The notes beneath the pieces are model-generated. The model made no database searches. It saw only the letters and a list, made by a program, of their open reading frames with translations, and was not told the origin of the DNA. A stretch of 64,000 bases of DNA from positions 39,964 to 103,963 of the forward strand of contig CAZYQT010000001.1 of NCBI GenBank assembly GCA_964650255.1, given 5' to 3'. Made by a program: the position numbers and the translations under genes. The first letter of the stretch is position 1. Every line of letters begins with the position of its first letter. Shown here piece by piece: positions 10,211 through 19,012 of the stretch. Source of the DNA: an uncultured Candidatus Saccharibacteria bacterium (lineage in GTDB: Bacteria > Patescibacteriota > Doudnabacteria > UBA920).

Positions 10211-11560
10211 CTATTTAAACCCCGCCAACCCGCCGCGCATGAATGTGGTTTTGAATTCTTTCATACGGCCAAAGCCTACTGAGTCGCGAATAATGTCGCG
10301 CGCAAGGAATGCGGGCACGCGTGCCACTGTAAAATCATCATACTTTTGATTAATTTTATCCATAGCTTGCATTAGCTGGGAGCGAGTTTTGGCCCGATCT
10401 ACTGTTTCAAACAAATTCCCCTGCGTTACTTCTGGCACAAGGCCAAACACAGTCACGCCAATCAGGTAAGATTGTTTTTCAATTTCTTTAAGCTGTCCGC
10501 TTTGCTTCAGCAAACTCATGGCCTCCATATAAATTTCCCGGCCATCTTGCAGATAATGATCTAACTTTGCGCCTTTGCCCACATGCATGCGCTCAGGATC
10601 ATGCACATGCACGTGCACACCATTACCCATAACGCCATTTACGCGAAGACGAGCACCAACCATTTCCGACAACTTGTACAGCACAGAGCGCATTACATTT
10701 TGCTGGCGATACTCCTGCGGAATTGTATACATATGACCAATTGATTTCATAGTGCCGTCTGCGGCATCAGTTTGCTCAAACTCTTCTTTCCAGCTACCTT
10801 CGAGCTGGCCCATGCTGTGCAAATGATACCCTTGAATCCCGTAATGGGCTACAAGTTTACTCAAAGGATAATCACGCAAATCTTTAAGCGTACGAATGCC
10901 TAAGGTGCCAAGGTTGCGCTTCATACGGCGGCCAATACCAGGAATATCTTCTAGGTCGAGACGATAATACAACGCGTCCTTATCTTGCGGCCGCACCACA
11001 ACTAAGCCATCCGGTTTTTGTAGGTCTGATGCAATCTTCGCCACTAACTTGCTATAACTAACACCAGCACTACAGCGAATCCAGTCCCCGACTTCGGTCT
11101 TCATGCGGTACTTAATTTCCTGCACAATCTTCACTGCCTCAAACCACGGATCAGTTGGTACCCACTCACCAGCAGAATTCTTCTCACGGATGTTGCACGC
11201 TTTAGTTAAATCCAAAAAGGCTTCATCAATACTATACTTTTCCACCTTGTCTGTATAATCCTCAAACACTTTTAAAAACCGAGCCGTGTAATAACGATAG
11301 CGCTCCGGATGAGTTTTAGTAAGATGAATCTTCGGGTACAACTTGCGCGCCTCCCAAACTGGAGTACCAGTTTTAATGCCCCATCGTTTCGCCTCAACAC
11401 TAGCGGCAATAATGATGCCGCCCAAATGTTCGCACACCCCCACAGGCTCACCACGCCAAGCTGGGTTATCTTGCTGCTCAACCGTAGCAAAATAACTGTT
11501 CATATCGATGTGGGCTATAACAGGTGTTTGAGCTGATTCAATTGGATAATCTCTAGACAT
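10211..11560 (-). CDS. dinB: Y-family DNA polymerase IV (DinB-like)
   Basis: HIDMNSYFA, SIDEAFLD, AKIASDLQKPDG, C-terminal QGNLF clamp-like motif; probable start ATG 11560. Confidence 0.93.
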   Translation of the reverse strand: MSRDYPIESAQTPVIAHIDMNSYFATVEQQDNPAWRGEPVGVCEHLGGIIIAASVEAKRWGIKTGTPVWEARKLYPKIHLTKTHPERYRYYTARFLKVFEDYTDKVEKYSIDEAFLDLTKACNIREKNSAGEWVPTDPWFEAVKIVQEIKYRMKTEVGDWIRCSAGVSYSKLVAKIASDLQKPDGLVVVRPQDKDALYYRLDLEDIPGIGRRMKRNLGTLGIRTLKDLRDYPLSKLVAHYGIQGYHLHSMGQLEGSWKEEFEQTDAADGTMKSIGHMYTIPQEYRQQNVMRSVLYKLSEMVGARLRVNGVMGNGVHVHVHDPERMHVGKGAKLDHYLQDGREIYMEAMSLLKQSGQLKEIEKQSYLIGVTVFGLVPEVTQGNLFETVDRAKTRSQLMQAMDKINQKYDDFTVARVPAFLARDIIRDSVGFGRMKEFKTTFMRGGLAGFK

Positions 11561-11603
11561 TAAAGTGATAATTTGGCTTATTTTAATGATTATTTTACTA
11601 TAC

Positions 11604-11632
11604 TTGACCAATTTATAATATTATGATATAAT
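11604..11632 (+). promoter_or_regulatory. Sigma70-type promoter for avd
   Basis: TTGACC-17 bp-TATAAT with TG extension; GGAGG upstream of ATG 11671. Confidence 0.7.
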
Positions 11633-11670
11633 GTTAAAGTTCGAATAAAAAACTGGAGGAATTTTGTACA

Positions 11671-12159
11671 ATGTTTAGAACATGTTGCGCGCATCACGCC
11701 AATGTAGACGCTCAGGACGAGCAAATGCAGATGGACGAAATGCAAAGAGTTGATTGGCTGATTGAAAACGGCCACGTCAGCTATCACCCCCCCCCGACTC
11801 GGAATTTAACTCAACCTCCTTTATTTCACGCATTGTATCAATTGTATTGTTCATGGTATATTCGCTGTCAGACTCTGCCCAAAAAAGACCGCTTTGCTAT
11901 TGGACATAGAATTGAAAATTTATTACTAGATATGATCGTGAGTGTAACAGGTGCCTATCATACTAAAGATGTTTCTCGGAAAAAAGAACTTCTGTCCGAT
12001 GCTAACCTTACTTTGGAATCGCTTAAGGTAGTAATGAGACTGGCTAAGGATGTGCACGCTTTAGAAAAGCGCTGGTATATTAAATACGAAGCTCAGTTTC
12101 AAGAAATTGGTAAAATGCTAGGAGGCTGGATATCCAGCCTTACAAAAACAAACAGATAA
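11671..12159 (+). CDS. avd: DGR accessory variability determinant Avd (four-helix bundle)
   Basis: PKKDRFAIGHRIE, LKVVMRLA, EIGKMLGGW; adjacent to the TR. Confidence 0.88.
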   Translation: MFRTCCAHHANVDAQDEQMQMDEMQRVDWLIENGHVSYHPPPTRNLTQPPLFHALYQLYCSWYIRCQTLPKKDRFAIGHRIENLLLDMIVSVTGAYHTKDVSRKKELLSDANLTLESLKVVMRLAKDVHALEKRWYIKYEAQFQEIGKMLGGWISSLTKTNR

Positions 12160-12175
12160 AAACCTGTTTGTTTTT
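12144..12175. terminator. Bidirectional terminator-like hairpin between avd and the TR
   Basis: AAAAACAAACAG-8 nt-CTGTTTGTTTTT, perfect 12-bp stem. Confidence 0.6.
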
Positions 12176-12192
12176 TAATATAAGAGTGACTT

Positions 12193-12309
12193 CGGACTGA
12201 CACCACGCCGATATCGTCGTTCGAATTCCTCGGATTCCACCTGTTGACATTGGCACCCTTGTCATCGGCCTTACCGAAATTCACAAGCTTGCCATCAGAA
12301 GTGCGAGAA
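12193..12309 (-). repeat. DGR template repeat (TR)
   Basis: 117-bp ungapped match to 12606-12722; 18 of 19 mismatches at TR adenines on -; AAT/AAC/AAG/GAT codons. Confidence 0.95.
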
Positions 12310-12501
12310 AGGGAACAAGTTTTTTACCCCATTCCATCTAATCAATACGGCTACATCTCACAAAAATGAGTAGTAGCCGCTGTGTAAATATGTGGCAACA
12401 TTCTTATTAAGAATTTGCACCAGAACAAGGCAAGCAGTTCTTCTCTTATATTATAACGGTGGCGAAGGTAATGCATGCACGACCTTTCATTAGCCACCCC
12501 A

Positions 12502-12510
12502 ATTATACCA
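12502..12510 (-). promoter_or_regulatory. Extended -10 (TGGTATAAT), putative promoter of the TR RNA
   Basis: Same motif precedes other - strand units in the window (about 10180, 31270, 47390, 49370, 62180). Confidence 0.6.
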
Positions 12511-12525
12511 TAAATAAAACCGAAA

Positions 12526-12547
12526 CGAGCTCCCTGACGGGAGCTCG
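12526..12547 (-). other. DGR target-recognition hairpin/cruciform downstream of the VR
   Basis: CGAGCTCCC-TGAC-GGGAGCTCG: perfect 9-bp GC-rich stem with 4-nt loop, about 55 bp 3' of the target stop codon. Confidence 0.8.
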
Positions 12548-12601
12548 GCAAATGCATCAAAGGTTCAAAACCCAAAACTCAAAGAATCAAAAGAGAAGAA
12601 A

Positions 12602-14665
12602 CTAACGGACTGACACCACGCCGAGACCGTCGCTCGAAAGCCCCGGATCCCACCTGTCGACACTGGCACCCCTGTCACCGGCCCCACCGAAAAACACAAG
12701 CAAGCCAAAAGAAGTGCGAGAATTAGTCCAATCATACATAGTTTCCAGCATTCGTTCATCGCTATTTTTATATCTAATAGCAAAATCATACAAAGCTTCT
12801 GCTGCATTTCTACGGTGATTCTGGTTAATTTTTAATTCAGCTAAAGCTTTTGAAGCGGCTTGCCAGTCTTTATCCATAAGCTTTCTAATTTCCGTTAACT
12901 TCTCGTCAGTTACCTCTTTAGCTTCTGCTTCGCTTAAAGAATCTACTGTTTTTAAATAATCTCGTAGTACTGCTGTCTGTTGTATATAATCTTTTGAGGT
13001 TGAATTATCAATTACTTCCTGACTTACCAAAGCCCAACCTTCTCTAACAGGTTGCTTTTTAAAGAAATCTTCACCCTCATACCAATCTGTATCATATAGT
13101 GGCTTACCGTCTTTGTCTTTAAAAACTTCCTCTAATCTTTTATTTATATTTTCCATACTTGAGCTTCCTGATATTGCATATCTGAGAACCAGCATTTCGC
13201 CTTTTGCTTTTGCTCGCTCAAGCTCCGCATTACTATAAGGGACGGTACTAAATTCTGCACTCAAACTACGTTTAGTTAAGAAGGCCTCATTAAAGGCCTC
13301 AACACCGTAAAAATTCTCAGCCATAATTTCTTGAGCTTTTTCATAAGTAGTCGCACCTTTTTCGATCCTCTCAATCCTTTCGGAAGAAGATTCCTTTTCG
13401 AAAGTATCTATTACATCCGAAAAGTCGGTGTTCTCAGCCTCATTAATTTCTTCAGCAAGGCTCTTTCTTTTTGATTCTTCTGTTCGAGGTCTATACTCAA
13501 CTGTTCTGATGATTTCTGAAAGTTTATCTTTGTCTACTTTGCTTTCTAACTTATTTGCATAATAGTATTGCAACGCTTGCTGAAAGGTTTCGTTTATATC
13601 ACCGTTATAGAATTTCAAAATGAAATCCCGAACACGGCGAGGTTCCATACGATCATCATAAGTAAACGGCTGGGGCTGATCTTCAGCGATTTGTCGATTC
13701 TTAAGAAGCTCTTTAGCTGTTTTATGGAACTCTTCATACTTAGCCAAAATTTCTGGCAAACCCGGAATATCCTCAAGCTGTTCTGGAGTAAGAGCAGTAT
13801 CTCGAGAGTTTAAGTAATCTTTTTGTGGTACTTCTTGAGATTCCTTATCAATACCAAATAATGACTTAGTTGAATGTGAAAAAGTACTACTTGGAAGCTC
13901 TGAAGCCGCTTTTTTATAGACCCAACGACGTAACTGAGCAGGATCCATTGGCTCACGACCAATATATCCTTTCCCGGGTGGGTTCATTAAAGCGACAATT
14001 TTAGTACGCTCTTTATTTACTGACACTTCCTCGGAAGCATCTTCGGAAAGAACAACCTCCCCACCACGTTCAAGGGCATCTAATACTTCGTGCAAACGAA
14101 TAGCAATATTAGGCGCAGCAGCATTGTACTCATCTAAAATAATAACCTTAACTTTCCCCTTTTCCTGTCTTAGGCCAGATGTAACTTTACCGTCTGCAAA
14201 AATATATTCCGGGTCTTCTTCGCCTCGTTTATGAGGATTAGGAATATACCGCCCCATTAAATCTTCTACGTCCGTAGCACCATTTAAGTTTATGTAATGA
14301 ACTTCATAGCCAAGCTCACTTGCCATTTTTCTAACAGTAGTTGTTTTACCGATTGAAGTACCACCCTCAATAAGAATAGGTTCACCGTTTAAAAATGCTA
14401 CTGCTAAATCTCTTTGCATAGGCAAAGATAGTTCAGTGTCATTTATAAAGTCTTCATATTGTTCTCTCTTAGGAACATAGGCGCTTCCTTTAACTGTAGC
14501 TTTTTCTAAATTTACACCTAAATACGAAACCGAGGTTTCGGTTTCCTTAACTGGCTTTTGGTCTTCTAAGACCTCAGAGGTTTCAACCTTAGTCTCTGGC
14601 TCTAGCCCCTCTCCCATTTCTTCAGGAGTCAAAGCATTAAATTTTGTTTCAGATGATCCTGGCAT
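12602..14665 (-). CDS. DGR target: MoxR/AAA_5-type AAA+ ATPase with C-terminal CLec-like variable domain
   Basis: Walker A EGGTSIGKT, Walker B IILDEYN, MNP, DPAQLRRW; C-terminus WTNSRTS..GVVSVR carries the VR; probable start ATG 14665. Confidence 0.9.
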   Translation of the reverse strand: MPGSSETKFNALTPEEMGEGLEPETKVETSEVLEDQKPVKETETSVSYLGVNLEKATVKGSAYVPKREQYEDFINDTELSLPMQRDLAVAFLNGEPILIEGGTSIGKTTTVRKMASELGYEVHYINLNGATDVEDLMGRYIPNPHKRGEEDPEYIFADGKVTSGLRQEKGKVKVIILDEYNAAAPNIAIRLHEVLDALERGGEVVLSEDASEEVSVNKERTKIVALMNPPGKGYIGREPMDPAQLRRWVYKKAASELPSSTFSHSTKSLFGIDKESQEVPQKDYLNSRDTALTPEQLEDIPGLPEILAKYEEFHKTAKELLKNRQIAEDQPQPFTYDDRMEPRRVRDFILKFYNGDINETFQQALQYYYANKLESKVDKDKLSEIIRTVEYRPRTEESKRKSLAEEINEAENTDFSDVIDTFEKESSSERIERIEKGATTYEKAQEIMAENFYGVEAFNEAFLTKRSLSAEFSTVPYSNAELERAKAKGEMLVLRYAISGSSSMENINKRLEEVFKDKDGKPLYDTDWYEGEDFFKKQPVREGWALVSQEVIDNSTSKDYIQQTAVLRDYLKTVDSLSEAEAKEVTDEKLTEIRKLMDKDWQAASKALAELKINQNHRRNAAEALYDFAIRYKNSDERMLETMYDWTNSRTSFGLLVFFGGAGDRGASVDRWDPGLSSDGLGVVSVR
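12606..12722 (-). repeat. DGR variable repeat (VR)
   Basis: Encodes the last ~39 aa of the ATPase; 14 residues differ from the TR translation. Confidence 0.95.
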
Positions 14666-14669
14666 AGAT

Positions 14670-15086
14670 TTACACTTGGTATGCAACTCCCGTATTCATA
14701 CGGATACTGTATCCTTGATTTTCCAATACTAAAAGATTTCGTTTTGTTATTAAAGCTATGACTGATAAATTCCTGTAGTCTGGAATAGCGATTTGGGATT
14801 GCATTTGAGTATGATCAAAAATTTCCACTTGCCCTGTGGGATATTGCATTAGAAAATCATACACATTTTTATTGATTGTACCGCTGAAAGTAAATAACAA
14901 TTTACCTGGCTTATCCATTCTATTTAACAACTCTGAAGTTCTATCTACTTTAATGAAGCCGACTTTCTTTAAAGATTGTTGTAGCTCTTGCACCTGGGTT
15001 TCATCTTCAGCGATGATTAAACCCACTTCCTTTTGACCAGAAGCTATACTCAAAAATTTCTTTAATTCGTCTCTTGTTTGTTCCAT
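14670..15086 (-). CDS. Hypothetical protein in the VWA-ATPase operon
   Basis: 138-aa ORF tightly packed between the VWA and ATPase genes. Confidence 0.75.
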   Translation of the reverse strand: MEQTRDELKKFLSIASGQKEVGLIIAEDETQVQELQQSLKKVGFIKVDRTSELLNRMDKPGKLLFTFSGTINKNVYDFLMQYPTGQVEIFDHTQMQSQIAIPDYRNLSVIALITKRNLLVLENQGYSIRMNTGVAYQV

Positions 15087-15103
15087 AATATGCTTTAAAT
15101 ATA

Positions 15104-17296
15104 CTAAAATTTGTTGTAATTAGCAATTACCTCTTCAATTAAACCAGCCAATTTCCCAGCCATTTCCTCAATATTTACATTGGCCAGACTGTTTGGGTAA
15201 TACTTAGAAACATGTCCAGTACCAGAACCAATCCCCAAGCCAATTAACTTTTGATCGGTTTCCTCTATTACCTTTTTTATCATTCCTTTTAAGGGATACT
15301 GAGAACTTGGATGCTTAGACGATTCAACCGGCTCACCGTCAGACAAAACAATTAGAAACTTTTGATCCACTTTTTGTTTAGCCAAACGCTCTGAAGTTTG
15401 TTCTATAGCCCAACCATCGTCATTGTATGCAGCACCTCGACCCCGTACCTCGCTTAATATTTGTCCCATATTCTCTCGAATTTCTTTCGAGATAGGTTGT
15501 CCAAAATTCTGGTATTCATATATCTTGTCGTTGAATCCTAAAACTTCCAAATTTATTGATAAGCGATTCAAAACTTCAGTTAGTACAATCACTGCTTTGA
15601 AAGTTTCTTCTATTTTTTCACCTGCCATAGAACCTGAAAGATCAACTAATAAAGAAATAGCATAATCTTTTTCTTGAGGGAGTTCCCGTTTTTGCCAAGC
15701 CCGACTTTCCATGGCCGGTACGTCTTTGGCTTTTTCCTGAATACGGCGTTTAATGTCTATACGTTTGCCAGATTTGTGTCCGCCTTCCCAACCGCGCGCA
15801 CGACGCGCCACAAAGATGTCGCGCAAATCTTGCTCGAGTTTGTCTATAATAGGTAAAACTTCCCGTCTATACTGTTCATATATATTGGCATCTTTTTCCA
15901 TTTCCTTTGCCAACATGTCGCGATATTTTTGAATTTCAGATTCATCTATTTCATGACTTTTCCTTTTCTCTGACTTTGGAACGGTTTCTAATTCATTTAC
16001 AGGTTCAAATTCACTAGATTCTTTTTTGCCGCTTTTCCGTTCCTCAGCTTTTTTAGGATTATCCGATAGCTTCCCTTGAAGCTCTTCATTTAGCTCTTTT
16101 TCAAACTGATCCAAGGCAGCCTGAGCTCGCTCCGCAAGTTCCTGCTTTTGAGCTTCCGGCATTGATTCAATATACTCCTTAATTTTCTGCTTTAATTCTT
16201 CTGACAATGAATCGAGGTTAATTGGAGCGCCCTTTGATTTCTCGGATTCACTTGAGGATTCGCCATGCTCTTTCTGTTCTCCTTCAGTGCTTTCTTGGCC
16301 TTGTTGTTCTTGATTCTTTTGCTGCTGCTTTTTAATAGCTTCCTCAATAGCCTCTTCTAATTGTTGTTGTTGTTCAGGAGTCAATTTATCTTTCAACTCT
16401 TGAGGCAAACCCTGGCCAGAGCCACCCTCTCCTTTGCCCTGAGCATCTTTCATCATTTCCTGCATTTGCTGATCCTTCATATCCTCTTCGATCAACTTTT
16501 TGAAATCAGGCCAAACTCTATCACGGTTAATTTCGTAACTCTTTTTAGCGTATTGAGTGATTAATTCTTCACTGCTGTCGGCTTCCTGGCGAGACGGATA
16601 TCGCCACCAAGAATCTTGAGCCGCAGTCAAAGTTTTATTGACCACTTCTTTAACATCGTCTGGTAAATCTTCGCTTAATTCAAATTCTTCGCCCTTAGTT
16701 TCCTTAAACCACTGCTTGATATATTCAAAACCGGCCTGCATAAAACGAGGCTTATAACCCAGCTCATCGGTAGCAGTATTTTTTGCTTTTGCCTCAAAAT
16801 CTAAATCTTGCTCATAGGCGATCCCCATTTGCTCCTTAAACTTTGGATAGCTTTCAGCCACAAAATTATTATCCCGTGGGTCTTCAATGGCATTCATCAT
16901 AAAAGCAAACCCGGGTTCTTGCCATTGCTCGAGAGGAATAAAATCTGCTCTTGAAATTCTTCTATGACCCCCTTCATGTGAAATAACAAACCGCAAATAA
17001 TCCATAGGTTTGTCCAGCAAGTCCTGTGGGTCTATCTTAATAATATTTTTCTCAAAATCCCAATGCCAACCTTCACCTGGCTCATTGAGTTTTACCGGAA
17101 TCCGAAAATCCTTGCCAATAAAATAAGCAAGGGAAGATAGGATTTGCTGTTTGTATTTTATTTCAGACTGTTGTTCTGGAGTAAAGCTAGATAAAATCTT
17201 TTGCTCTTTATTCTCTCTTATAGCTTTATAATTAGGTCTAGCTTCTACCACCATACTAGCCCGGCCTATATCTGAAGTGCTTTCAAAATTCTTCAT
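15104..17296 (-). CDS. VWA-domain partner of the MoxR ATPase with N-terminal HExxH motif
   Basis: HEGGH..NAIEDPR, Q/E-rich linker, MIDAS DLSGSM and SDG. Confidence 0.88.
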   Translation of the reverse strand: MKNFESTSDIGRASMVVEARPNYKAIRENKEQKILSSFTPEQQSEIKYKQQILSSLAYFIGKDFRIPVKLNEPGEGWHWDFEKNIIKIDPQDLLDKPMDYLRFVISHEGGHRRISRADFIPLEQWQEPGFAFMMNAIEDPRDNNFVAESYPKFKEQMGIAYEQDLDFEAKAKNTATDELGYKPRFMQAGFEYIKQWFKETKGEEFELSEDLPDDVKEVVNKTLTAAQDSWWRYPSRQEADSSEELITQYAKKSYEINRDRVWPDFKKLIEEDMKDQQMQEMMKDAQGKGEGGSGQGLPQELKDKLTPEQQQQLEEAIEEAIKKQQQKNQEQQGQESTEGEQKEHGESSSESEKSKGAPINLDSLSEELKQKIKEYIESMPEAQKQELAERAQAALDQFEKELNEELQGKLSDNPKKAEERKSGKKESSEFEPVNELETVPKSEKRKSHEIDESEIQKYRDMLAKEMEKDANIYEQYRREVLPIIDKLEQDLRDIFVARRARGWEGGHKSGKRIDIKRRIQEKAKDVPAMESRAWQKRELPQEKDYAISLLVDLSGSMAGEKIEETFKAVIVLTEVLNRLSINLEVLGFNDKIYEYQNFGQPISKEIRENMGQILSEVRGRGAAYNDDGWAIEQTSERLAKQKVDQKFLIVLSDGEPVESSKHPSSQYPLKGMIKKVIEETDQKLIGLGIGSGTGHVSKYYPNSLANVNIEEMAGKLAGLIEEVIANYNKF

Positions 17297-17386
17297 AGAA
17301 ATACTAAAATATTCTATAACTTAACTAAATTATGCCACAAATTGCTATGTTTTTCAAACAAAACACAAACTTGATATACTGACTAT

Positions 17387-17596
17387 ATGGGAATATTTGT
17401 GATTATTATGCTTGTTTACTTCCTAGCTGGAATTTTAATGGCATTATGGGACTTTAGAAAGATTCTATTTAAAAACCCGGGCAATCAAACTGCCAGCAGT
17501 CTTTTCATTGAACCACCAAAATTTTTAGATAACCTCTCTATCAGTACAGCGTTAACATTCATCCTAATTTGGCCAGTTAAATTATTGCTCAAATAG
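17387..17596 (+). CDS. Small membrane protein
   Basis: Two hydrophobic segments; first gene of an AT-rich + strand run. Confidence 0.55.
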   Translation: MGIFVIIMLVYFLAGILMALWDFRKILFKNPGNQTASSLFIEPPKFLDNLSISTALTFILIWPVKLLLK

Positions 17597-17647
17597 CCAG
17601 AAAGAATTTCTCTTTTAAATAAAAGGTAAAGTAAGTATAATTGTTAT

Positions 17648-18076
17648 ATGAAATATATTTTCCTCGCTATTGCCACAATAGCCTTACTGGGAGCTAGTTG
17701 TAATTCTAGCACCAAACAAACTAGTGATTCCTTTGAGCGCAATTTAAAGTGCAAAGAAATTGCCACCCAGTTAGATCAGCAAAAAAGAGAAGATGAACAA
17801 AAATCAAAAGATGCAAAGCTTCTCGTTTTCACCTCTTTTGATAGCAGCGAAACTAAATATAGTGAGAAGTTGAATACATGTCTATATTCCTACACTCTAA
17901 ATATGTACGGAACAGGTGGGGTGCCAAATTCTCAAAGCAGATATCTGATTGATAGCTTAACCAACGAGGTATTGGCTCAATATACTACATCTGACGCGCA
18001 ATCTACCCAAGAAAGAACTGACGCACAAAAAGCATTCTATGATAAATACAGCGAACTATATTTAGGAACTAAATAA
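17648..18076 (+). CDS. Putative lipoprotein
   Basis: Signal peptide ending LLGASC. Confidence 0.7.
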   Translation: MKYIFLAIATIALLGASCNSSTKQTSDSFERNLKCKEIATQLDQQKREDEQKSKDAKLLVFTSFDSSETKYSEKLNTCLYSYTLNMYGTGGVPNSQSRYLIDSLTNEVLAQYTTSDAQSTQERTDAQKAFYDKYSELYLGTK

Positions 18077-18083
18077 AATCAAA

Positions 18084-18785
18084 ATGCTATTTAAAAACTT
18101 CTTTCGTAAAGATTTAAACTTAAAGAATCGGTGGTGGCATCGGTTACTACTCGTACTTTTCTTCGTTTCATTCGCTGTCAGCTTATTGTATGCAACATTT
18201 CACACTGGACAACCAGACAGATATCGCCAGGTTAGTAGTCTGAAAGATAGGATGACTAATAATTTAACAAAAATTGGAGATTTAGTTAAACCAGGAGAAA
18301 GAATCGGTGAAAACGAGAATAGAATCAATGATGATCTCTACTATAAAAACGGAGGCTTTTTACTAAGTCAAAATATTTATTGTGCAAAGAATGTTACAAA
18401 CCATGTTGATGACTTTGCCAAGTCTAATGGAGCATCACATTTTAAAGGCAATGATGCTATTATTATGGCTAGTTCACAAGTATCATCCGATGAGTTCAAA
18501 CACTACCTTACTTCAGAATCAGGTAACTGTATAGAAATTGCCAATCTGAGTGATTACGAAAATAAGAACATAATATGGTCTGGAATAGACAAGGTTGTGG
18601 AAAGGTCTGTATTCACAAACTCTATGGATGTATGGACACTAGACCATACGAAAACAAACCTTAATAGGATATTTAATCCCGCCTATCTTGGGATATTAAT
18701 ATTATTTGGAATTATTATGATTCTATACTACAAAGTATTGCTATATATAATTTTCGGTAATAATAAACAATATGAAAATAAATAA
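18084..18785 (+). CDS. Membrane protein, hypothetical
   Basis: WWHRLL + TM, soluble domain, C-terminal TM. Confidence 0.7.
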   Translation: MLFKNFFRKDLNLKNRWWHRLLLVLFFVSFAVSLLYATFHTGQPDRYRQVSSLKDRMTNNLTKIGDLVKPGERIGENENRINDDLYYKNGGFLLSQNIYCAKNVTNHVDDFAKSNGASHFKGNDAIIMASSQVSSDEFKHYLTSESGNCIEIANLSDYENKNIIWSGIDKVVERSVFTNSMDVWTLDHTKTNLNRIFNPAYLGILILFGIIMILYYKVLLYIIFGNNKQYENK

Positions 18786-19008
18786 AGATAGAATAATTAT
18801 TATAGTTTTAATACTCTTACTAATTTGGTTCGCCACTGCCATTATTAGATTAGAAAATTATCATTATGCCGTTCAGGTAGGAATGTGTGAAAATACTACT
18901 GAAATTGAACCATTTAAACAGCGTATGGAATTAGAGGATTGCTTAAATCATACCCAAACTAGAACGAGTCCCATCTGGCACTTATTCTATGGGTTGAGAA
19001 TATTTTAA
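18772..19008 (+). CDS. Small membrane protein
   Basis: N-terminal TM, two Cys, overlaps the upstream stop. Confidence 0.6.
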   Translation: MKINKDRIIIIVLILLLIWFATAIIRLENYHYAVQVGMCENTTEIEPFKQRMELEDCLNHTQTRTSPIWHLFYGLRIF

Positions 19009-19012
19009 ATTT

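Noticed and set aside
12099-12284. 61-aa ORF resembling the ATPase C-terminus
   Set aside because: It is the translation of the TR, not a separate gene or simple duplication; the mismatches are adenine-specific
12351-12575. 74-aa ORF as a possible RT remnant
   Set aside because: No RT motifs; overlaps the hairpin, promoter and structured leader
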